IMG/VR virus record: IMGVR_UViG_3300046314_000148
Location: 48,246 to 112,245 of that record
Source: a virus
DNA length: 64,000 nucleotides
Strand: one strand, 5' to 3'
Shown: positions 31,117 to 39,094 of the stretch, piece by piece
Layout of the letters: each line of letters opens with the position of its first letter
Numbering within the stretch: position 1 is the stretch's first letter
Position numbers and translations under genes: made by a program
Notes under the pieces: generated by a model
What the model saw: the letters and a program-made list of their open reading frames with translations, nothing else
Database searches by the model: none
What the model was told of the DNA's origin: nothing

Positions 31117-31566
31117 TTAGATGAGGTCAATAATGGAGGAGTAGGTGCTTGCGTTTACTTCCTCCTGAGTAGTCATACGCAAGATGCGTAGGTTCTGCTC
31201 TAGGACTGCCTTGCGGTTTAGGTGCTTGTTGCCAATCCACTCAGACTGGTTAGGCTTGACTGGTGCTTCAGGTCGTTTAGGGAAGCCAGCAATCTTGTCA
31301 GCATCAAAGTTTAGTTCCATACGACCAGAGTGTCCAAAGTTTAGTCGAATGTCTGAGTTGTAGTCATAGCCAATCTTATTAGCGTTCTTAGCAACAAACT
31401 CTGAAACAAACTTAGCAACCTTCTTCTTGTATGCTTCAGTTTCCTTTTCATACTTCTCAAAGTCAGCAGGGTAGGAAGCGACATCAGCGTCAATCTTAGC
31501 GATAGCAGCCTCAATCTGAGAAATGATAGCGGAGGTAGGAACTTTTACAGAGATAGCACGAGCCAT
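31117..31566 (-). CDS. Hypothetical protein
   Basis: 149-aa ORF with GAAAG RBS. Confidence 0.7.
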   Translation of the reverse strand: MARAISVKVPTSAIISQIEAAIAKIDADVASYPADFEKYEKETEAYKKKVAKFVSEFVAKNANKIGYDYNSDIRLNFGHSGRMELNFDADKIAGFPKRPEAPVKPNQSEWIGNKHLNRKAVLEQNLRILRMTTQEEVNASTYSSIIDLI

Positions 31567-31602
31567 TAGGGGTATTCTTTCTTTAGGGGTTGTTTAGTTA
31601 GT

Positions 31603-31637
31603 TGGGCAGTTTTTCCAAAAGACATACCCAGGTCTTT
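31603..31637 (-). ncRNA. Candidate H-type RNA pseudoknot, copy 3
   Basis: AAAGAC-CTGGGTAT-GTCTTT-TGGAAAAAC-TGCCCA. Confidence 0.6.
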
Positions 31638-31656
31638 ATCTCTAACTAAATAGAGT

Positions 31657-31812
31657 TTACTTGTCTGCCTTTACGGTAGACCAACGAGGTGAACCATTCA
31701 CATCAAGACGAACTCGGAACGAGCCGTTCTTGTTTGCTACTACTTCCTGAATAACGCCAGATACCTTTGACTTGGCGGTGGTGAACTGTGAGCCAACAGT
31801 TAGAGTGTTCAT
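31657..31812 (-). CDS. Small hypothetical protein (51 aa)
   Basis: Own translation MNTLTVGSQFTTAKSKVSGVIQEVVANKNGSFRVRLDVNGSPRWSTVKADK. Confidence 0.6.
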   Translation of the reverse strand: MNTLTVGSQFTTAKSKVSGVIQEVVANKNGSFRVRLDVNGSPRWSTVKADK

Positions 31813-32375
31813 TTTGCTTCCATTCCGATACGGGTGTATCTGTGTGTTTTGTGATTTACAACTTTTGTTGTATTACTATTATGACAGAAAGAATAGAGAA
31901 TGTCAAGCACATTTGATAACTAAATGATAACAACATTTCTTTTTTATTCTTCGTGTTTCGTTCTCTGTTCTTCTGTATGTATCTATTATGGGGCATAATG
32001 GTGTGATTGTCAAGTCTAAATGCCCCTTTTTGTTTGTGGGTTTTCACAAAATCTGGGGAAAAAGATTGTTCATCTTAAACTTGACAAGACTGATCGTTTG
32101 GGGTCGCCCCCTTTCGGGGGACGTGTCAAACACGCCAGTCAAAAACAACAGCTAGAATCATCCATGCAACCATTAAAGCAAACGGACCTGCGAATAGGAA
32201 ACATCCCAATAGCATTGGGTCACCGTTTACTTCTTGTTCTTGTTCTGCCATTTCTCTATTGTCCCTCCAAAGATACCGTCAAAAATCATTAGTACAGCGA
32301 GAATAATCGGGAATAGCAAGTATAACGCAAAAAGGCCTAAGATAGCAAAGATAAATAGCCATAGGATTATTTCCA

Positions 32376-32897
32376 TTATTGGGCAGACCCCCTAACAACA
32401 ATCCAGATTAGAGCCTGCATTGAGCGTGGCGTCATCCCATACTTAGCTGCAACTGTAGTTACAGCGTCTGCCATAACCTTATACTGGGCTTGAGTAGGTG
32501 ACTTCTTTTCAATACCTAGGGCACGTAACATCCATACGTCAATAACAACGGCATTCTCATTGCCTGCAATAGCACGTGCAAAGGCGTTAGTCTTCTGACC
32601 CTTGAGAGCGTCAAATCCCATAGTGAGAGCATTGTTAGCCATTACGATATTGTTCTTTAGGCAAGTTACTGGTTCCCCTAGTGAGAATTGAATAGCACGT
32701 GCAACATTTACTGACCAACGTTCACGTGGTGAGAATGCCGAGACAACACTTGCCCCGACGTCAAGGGTAGTGTCAAGGTTACGTGCAACCTGTTCTGCAA
32801 TACGTTCAGCGTCAACATACCATTTACTGGCTTGTTCAACCTGACCGAATGTAGCCTTCTTAGCAATATCCGAATAAATCTTTACGTAGTTAGTCAT
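32376..32897 (-). CDS. HhH DNA-glycosylase-fold-like phage protein (DUF7178-like)
   Basis: WY..A...SAFSPRERW..N...GQKTNAF...AVVIDVWM...MQALIW. Confidence 0.6.
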   Translation of the reverse strand: MTNYVKIYSDIAKKATFGQVEQASKWYVDAERIAEQVARNLDTTLDVGASVVSAFSPRERWSVNVARAIQFSLGEPVTCLKNNIVMANNALTMGFDALKGQKTNAFARAIAGNENAVVIDVWMLRALGIEKKSPTQAQYKVMADAVTTVAAKYGMTPRSMQALIWIVVRGSAQ

Positions 32898-33159
32898 TGG
32901 GGTATTTCTTTCTCTTGGGGTTGTTAGATTAGTTTAGCAAACTTATTAGATAAAGTCAAACACATCGCCATCGAATCCGCCAATATCTAGATCCGCCATT
33001 AGTTCGCTTGGGCTGATCTCACCCTCGGCCATCATTGCGAATAGTTCCCTTACGTACTCTTCATCCATTATTTTACCTTATCTAGAATTATCATTAGTTC
33101 TACCAACTGTTCATCAGTTAGTTTATCTATTGCATCATTATTGATTACATTATCAAACA

Positions 33160-33432
33160 TTAGTCTTCCTCTTCCATGCACCATGCGTCTAGGCGGTATG
33201 AATTGATTACATCAATAGCAGATACCTTATCGCTGCCACGGAATGATACGCCATCGGGAAGGGTAATCGTGCGGTTGTAGTCATCTTCCCAGTAAGCGTC
33301 AATTGCTTCAACGGCAGTAGGAATCATGCCTAGTGGAATCGGTGGATAGCAATTGCTTCTAAAGTGCATTGCCAACTGAGTTTCTAGTGTTTCGTTTAGT
33401 CCTGCAATATCCATTGCGGTTGCCATGCCCAT
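33160..33432 (-). CDS. Hypothetical protein
   Basis: HFRSNCYPPIP; TTGACA-N17-TAAACT promoter. Confidence 0.65.
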   Translation of the reverse strand: MGMATAMDIAGLNETLETQLAMHFRSNCYPPIPLGMIPTAVEAIDAYWEDDYNRTITLPDGVSFRGSDKVSAIDVINSYRLDAWCMEEED

Positions 33433-33767
33433 AGTGAGCCTTTCTTTTGGGGTTATAGAATAAGTTTACAGGATTAGTTACTCATTGTCAAGGGCTTTAC
33501 GCAACTTTTCTTGGCGTGTCCCCTTGTATTTTTTAGGCGTGACGACTTGCTTCTTGCCTGCCTTTAGCATATTGTGGAATAAGGCTTGCGACTCAGCCTT
33601 GCGTCTCGCTTCATTTCTTTTACCTAACATACTAAAACTTTATCACGAACCTCAGACATTTTGGGGAATTCGGGGAAACTTTCTTAACTATCTTAAACTT
33701 GACAAATAGGGTAAAAAGGGGCGGCCAGATCCAGGAGCCTTTGTCAAGCTCCCAGTCTGGCGTGTCG

Positions 33768-33938
33768 CTAAAGTCCCTTTACGGCATTACGAAAACGAAT
33801 CTCATCAAAGCGAGGATTGTCACTCTTGAACATAGAAACGAAATCGCCAACCATCTTTGTGAATAGGGCAGGGTGGGTCTTGTCGCTTGCGTAGTGTAGA
33901 ATCTTTGCGGTTTCAACATAGTCTTTACGGGTCATCAT
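33768..33938 (-). CDS. Small phage protein (MTRKDY...DNPRFD type)
   Basis: Own translation, 56 aa. Confidence 0.6.
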   Translation of the reverse strand: MMTRKDYVETAKILHYASDKTHPALFTKMVGDFVSMFKSDNPRFDEIRFRNAVKGL

Positions 33939-33940
33939 TA

Positions 33941-35650
33941 TTAGTTACCACGGTTTTCTGCTAGGCGTAGGATAAACTGGGCAGTCTTTAGGTCAACTGC
34001 GGCTGAGGCATAGCCAACCATCGTGGCTAGGGCTAGGTCATTACGGTCACCAAACTCTGCGTTTAGAATAGCAAGAGCCTTGTCCATTAGTTCTAGTGAG
34101 TTCTTTTCCATTTTCATTTCCTGCTCTTTAGATGTTTTTAGTTTAGCAGTAGGGTCAGACATTTATTTGAATGACTCAACCATTATGATTGGGTATTCCA
34201 GTCCAAACTTGAAAAGGTCACGGGTATCGACAGCGGACACGGTCATTACTCCGTCAAGTAGGAATGTAACCTTTAGCATTTCTGACTTTGGCATTAGTTG
34301 CCCTTTCTTTTTGATTATAGATTTATCTTAGCATGGGGGTCAGACATTTAAATAAAGTCTTCGACATCCAAACCAAGATAGACAATGGCTTTTGCTAGAG
34401 GTAGCAGTCCATCAAGTTCATCGCAGTTTGGGCAAACAACTGTGTCGCTAGTGAAAACACCCTCGCAGTATACGCACATCTTGTCCATTTAGTTTTCCTT
34501 TCTTCTGATACTAAAAGACTAGCACAAGCCACAGACATTTATAGCCAAAACACGACTTTTTTCTTTGTAAGTTTCTACAAGCTTTTGGGGGATCTTTTGT
34601 AGACTACGTAAGTTATCCACAGAGTTATCCACAGGGGGCGACCCCGAAGGGGCCGATTTGTCAAATCAATCGAATGACCATTGGGAAGCATACATCTCCC
34701 CGATAGCCTCGTCACGAAGGTGGCGGTCTTCCGCCTGTCGCAGATACTCCTTCTGCTCAGGGGTCATGGCTGCGTCAAGGGCAGCCTGCTCCTCCTGCCA
34801 AGCGAGGAAAGCCTCGAACTCAGCCTGGACTTCTTCTTGGGTCATCTCTGATAGAAACATAGTTTACCTTTCGTTATAAGATAAATCTAGCATAGGGGTC
34901 AGACATTGTCAAATCCAACACGCCAACATTCGGGGGGAAGATCTCGATCATCTTAACTTGACAGCTTGGATCTTTTGGGGCCGCCCCTTTCGGGGTAGTT
35001 TGTCAAATCGGACACGCTGTTAGGCTAGAACCTTATCTAGAACCTTGGCAATCTGAGGGTAGAACACTAGGGCAACCGCTAGAGTGATACCAATCTTTAC
35101 ACCAGCAAAGAAAACATTTTCAACGGTATCGCTAGGCTCTGCCCCTGCTAGCAGAATGAACAGATACAGGGCTAGATAAGTGCCAGCAACAACAGGGATA
35201 GCAACAACACCAGCGATTAGGCGACGGATAGCAAACTTCATTGGGTTACTCGCTCTCAGGGGTAGTGAATAGGTCAGACGGGTTAGATAGCATTATGTCA
35301 ATCTGATAAATCAGGGTTTCCATTTCTTCGATAGTCATTAGATAACCTCGAACTCTAGGATTTCGTTAGCAAAGAACTTGTCGCTGTAAAACTTCATTAG
35401 CATTTCAGCGTGGATTGGGTCATAGGATGGGGTGATGATTGAGCCGTCTAGTAGGGTTACTTTGATTGTCATTTCTTTTTCCTTTTCTCTTTATGCTATA
35501 AGTCTAGGGTATGGGTCAGACAATGTCTAGTTAGACACGCCGTATTGTGCTACGCAAGACTCGCAAGCCTTTTCGTTGTTGTAGAGGTTACCCTCGCAGA
35601 TTACACAGTGTCCTGTTGCTACATTTACCTTTAGTGAGTTCATCTCGAAC
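33941..35650 (-). CDS. Series of small genes, most with own promoter (incl. 33941-~34117, 34666-34860, membrane protein 35020-35241)
   Basis: ORF track; GAAAGG RBS and TGTCTG promoters. Confidence 0.55.
34613..34633 (+). promoter_or_regulatory. Two perfect DnaA boxes adjoining the repeat core
   Basis: TTATCCACA at 34613 and 34625; similar pair at 35746 (CTATCCACA) and 35766. Confidence 0.65.
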
Positions 35651-35950
35651 TCCTTTCTTTTTTATTTCTTTTTCTTTATCTATATATATTCAAACATACA
35701 TTAGGGGATTTGTCAAGTCTATTTAGGTAAACATTAGGTTAACAACTATCCACAGATCGATCAAGTTATCCACAGGGGGCGACCCTAAAAATAGCTATTT
35801 GTCAAATCAGACACACCCATAGGGTCAAGATCCCGTTACAAAAACGTTATAAAAAACTTTTGCGACACGCCGAGGGAAAATTTGACAAATGGTTATTAGT
35901 ATGATTAACTATATATAGATAAAGATAGTTACTAAAAGAAAGGAGCCAAC

Positions 35951-36397
35951 ATGATTGGTTCACTAGAAAAGATGGTTATGTTCCCTAACGCTCAGCGTGG
36001 ATTCTCAGCAGTTATCGTTGAGACAGGAACAATCGCTCAGGCAAGAGAGATTGCTTACAAATGGGTTGCTCAGGGTTGCCCTCTAGGCGAGGGACTAATG
36101 GAATCCTTCCCAGAAATCAAAAGGTTCATTAGAGAACGCAAGTTCTAAATGTCCGAGGTATGAAATACAATAAGTTTAGATAGATAAGGATAGATTATGA
36201 AACAGACACTAGGTCAGATTACAGATGAGATTATGAAGGCTGTCAAGGCTTATCACGTTGCGTCAATGGGTAACGACACTCGAGAGATAGCATACGCTCA
36301 AGGCGAGTATCAGCGAATGATTCGTGAACACGGTGCTAAGGCTGTTGATACTGCTGTTCGCTACTACAACGAAAACGTTATCGGAAAGGCTAAGTAA
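35951..36397 (+). CDS. Two small hypothetical genes, divergent from the early block (35951-36148, 36197-36397)
   Basis: GAAAGGAG and AAGGA RBS; TTGACA promoter at 35882. Confidence 0.65.
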
Positions 36398-36700
36398 ATA
36401 ATTACACTCACTTTTGAGACTTGGGAAGAATTCGATCAAGCCCTGGCAGGGATAGTTTCTTTAGAGGTGGCACTAGTCCAAAACGATTAGCAGGCACCAG
36501 TGCCAGACAAAAGTTAACCCTATCAGTGTGCTCACTAATGGATGGTTGACTTTTTTGTTTAAATGTGTATCATACACAAGCTAGAAATATTCAGATTTTG
36601 CCAAATATGAAATTTTTCAGATTTTTCAGATCTATAATTATAACAATTTGGTAACGAAATGGTAAAAACGTAGAAAATACTTCTGATGTATAATAATACT

Positions 36701-36835
36701 ATGACATGTAACTGGGCACTTCGTATCTTTTTAGATAAATTTTGCTCTGCATGCAAACAGAAGGACAAAATGGACGTGCCAGAAGAGATCAAAAAAGAAT
36801 GCAAATGCGAAAACTGCAAATGCAAGAACAATTAA
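36701..36835 (+). CDS. Cys-rich 44-aa peptide
   Basis: TATAAT-N6-ATG; MTCNW...FCSACK...ECKCENCKCKNN. Confidence 0.45.
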   Translation: MTCNWALRIFLDKFCSACKQKDKMDVPEEIKKECKCENCKCKNN

Positions 36836-36987
36836 GCTACCAAATAGCTAATTATTGAGTAAAAAGCTAGTATCCACAGGTATGCGAGGGTAACTGCCGC
36901 AATAACGTATCCTGTTTTCTTCATTTGTAATACCAAATCCATAAACAAACAGCAGCAACTAAACAAACTATACCTAAGATAGTCATA

Positions 36988-37342
36988 TTAGATCAATCCA
37001 TGCTCTTTGAGCTTGATCATAACAAGTTTAGTAGATATATTTAGCTCGTTAGCGATCTCGCCAACTTCTTTTCCTTGAACCAGGTATGCATTTGTCATCC
37101 AATCAAGGCTATTATGTAACTTTGCGTCTTTATCAGTCATGATTGTCCTATCGATTGGTATTAATGATGCCATACTCTAGAAGAGTGTCGTACAGTAGAC
37201 CATTTACGTAGTTCAACTGTTCCTTTTGTGTAATAATCTGCTGCTCTAGCACATCTGATGGTACATTGTGCTGGGCACCCATCTCACGATTCATATTATT
37301 GATAACCTCTGTCATCACATTAACAACTTCATCACGTAGCAT
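36988..37342 (-). CDS. Two small genes: HTH-like (36988-37173) and hypothetical (37148-37342)
   Basis: GEIANELNISTKLV HTH-like segment; AGGAG RBS. Confidence 0.55.
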
Positions 37343-37442
37343 TCTGTCTCCTTTTGTAGTGATATATCTATAATATCATAAAATCAAGTTTTAGTAAAGT
37401 TTCGACGGTACATAGAGACCGTAGGTCTGCTCAAAGAGCGTA

Positions 37443-37652
37443 TTACCAATTACCTATAGGACAAGAAGCTTGTTTGAGCGTACTCTTAAGTTTCATAAAA
37501 CATCCACACTTACGACATTTGACCAAACGCTTATCCAACCATGGACATTGTCTGCATATATCGAGACGTGCTTCTATTAGTTCTTTATCTGACCTAGGCT
37601 GATTTGGATCAAATAGATCAAAAAACTTGACATCCCCTGGATTTCCTGACAT
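37443..37652 (-). CDS. Small Cys-rich protein (DUF6171-like)
   Basis: RLDICRQCP...CRKCGCFM..K......CPIGNW. Confidence 0.65.
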   Translation of the reverse strand: MSGNPGDVKFFDLFDPNQPRSDKELIEARLDICRQCPWLDKRLVKCRKCGCFMKLKSTLKQASCPIGNW

Positions 37653-37690
37653 ACTAGTTAGTTTACCATAAAAAGTGTTATAATAAACCT

Positions 37691-38374
37691 ATGACTATTT
37701 CAATTCCGAACTCAACCAAGGTGTCAAAGCCTAATAGCGACAACGTCATTATCGAAATGATAACTGGCCCAGATGTTTATCAGCCACTGCAAGAGACAGC
37801 TCCTGCACTAGAGGTATTCTTCAAGCAATACCGAGACATGGGCACCCCAGAAAACTTCAAGGTTGCAGATTTTGGTTCTGGAACTGGCCAGCTAGGAATT
37901 CTTGTTAAGAGAACCTACCCACAGACCGAAGTTTCTCTATACGAGAACGATGCAAATGCAGAGAAGTACATTCTTGCGAACGCAGAGCTACACAACGTAG
38001 ATGTATCAGTCAACATGGTAGATGTAGCAACTATCGATGCTCCAGCATACTTCGATGCAGTCATCTCATCTCCTCCATTCCTTCCAGAGATCCTAAAGAG
38101 AATCAACTGGCACGGTAACAACAGCGATGCTCCAGAGACAGCTATCTTTGGTGGTCTAAAGGGCCTAGAGGTTATCGATGTTTTCATCCTTAAGGCTGCA
38201 CAAGTTCTAAAGACTGGCGGATACATTGTTCAGCTACACTCTCACCCTCAGACTGCGGATGTTGTTTCTCTACTGGAGAACGCTGGCTTCTCAAACATCG
38301 AGACATTCAGACTAAACTCACCAGAGGAACTGGATCTAGAAGAAGCAGTATTTACTCTAGCTTTCAAGAACTAA
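37691..38374 (+). CDS. PrmC/HemK-like SAM-dependent methyltransferase
   Basis: VADFGSGTG, N..LH, FDAVISSPPF, PETAIFGGLKGL. Confidence 0.8.
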   Translation: MTISIPNSTKVSKPNSDNVIIEMITGPDVYQPLQETAPALEVFFKQYRDMGTPENFKVADFGSGTGQLGILVKRTYPQTEVSLYENDANAEKYILANAELHNVDVSVNMVDVATIDAPAYFDAVISSPPFLPEILKRINWHGNNSDAPETAIFGGLKGLEVIDVFILKAAQVLKTGGYIVQLHSHPQTADVVSLLENAGFSNIETFRLNSPEELDLEEAVFTLAFKN

Positions 38375-38391
38375 TCAATCCATAACGCAAT

Positions 38392-38420
38392 TGCTCACTA
38401 GGAAACTAGTGGGCTTTTTG
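38392..38420 (+). terminator. Intrinsic terminator
   Basis: GCTCACTAG-GAAA-CTAGTGGGC-TTTTT. Confidence 0.8.
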
Positions 38421-38535
38421 CATATGTGGATGTGGGGACCTCTTATCACGGCGAACTTTACCGCCCGACTCAAAGAGTTATATTTTTCGCTTTGCTCTAA
38501 TTTTTTCGTAAAAACGCATTTATAATTGTATCATC

Positions 38536-38823
38536 ATGACAATTCAAGACTGGCTTGGTTTAATATTAACCTCATTATCAATACTCACAGTAGTAGGCAT
38601 CGGCTTCAGATGGGTGATTAGACATTATCTAAAAGATGTGCTACATGAATTGAAACCTAATGGTGGATCCAGCTTAAAGGATCAGGTCAACAGACTGGAG
38701 AATAATTTGCATGGGCTAGAGAAGGCTCAAGAAGAAGCGGACCAGTTAAGAAAACAAATGAATGTAAAGATTGATCACATGTACGAAGTATTACTAGATT
38801 ATATAGCTAAAACTAATAAGTAA
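38536..38823 (+). CDS. Single-TM membrane protein (lysis or minor tail associated)
   Basis: TM helix then ELKPNGGSSLKDQVNRLE. Confidence 0.6.
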   Translation: MTIQDWLGLILTSLSILTVVGIGFRWVIRHYLKDVLHELKPNGGSSLKDQVNRLENNLHGLEKAQEEADQLRKQMNVKIDHMYEVLLDYIAKTNK

Positions 38824-39010
38824 TATATAATATATATCTAATATGAGATATCTTAAAAACTAAACTTAAAGATATAATTTATATTTAATAATAATAGATT
38901 GTAGCACCTTTCGGCATTCCTTGAGGTGATTTTGTGTAAATTATTTATAACGATGTTGTAACTATTAAATAAATAAGGTTAAATTATCATTCTATGATAT
39001 AATTTTCCTT

Positions 39011-39073
39011 GACTAGTACTTAGGACTGTCTCTCATACCCACCACTCCTAGGTACTAGTCTTTTTTATTTTTT
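39011..39073 (+). ncRNA. Promoter-linked 50-nt hairpin with T-tail (small RNA or attenuator)
   Basis: TGATATAAT upstream; GACTAGTACTTAGGA/TCCTAGGTACTAGTC stem. Confidence 0.5.
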
Positions 39074-39094
39074 ATGAGGTATAATGTAATTACT

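Larger units (their letters stand above)
25155..35805. repeat. Dispersed quasi-palindromic intergenic element, ~9 copies (TTGACA-N13-GC core-N12-TTGTCAA)
   Basis: Cores near 25174, 28227, 29423, 30918, 32100, 33718, 34635, 34977, 35776. Confidence 0.8.
29326..36171. promoter_or_regulatory. Eleven TGTCNG-N10-TANNNT promoters (PafBC/RecA-NDp-like geometry)
   Basis: 22-bp matches starting at 29326, 30073, 30595, 30845, 33637, 34140, 34325, 34516, 34884, 35501 (minus) and 36150 (plus). Confidence 0.8.
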
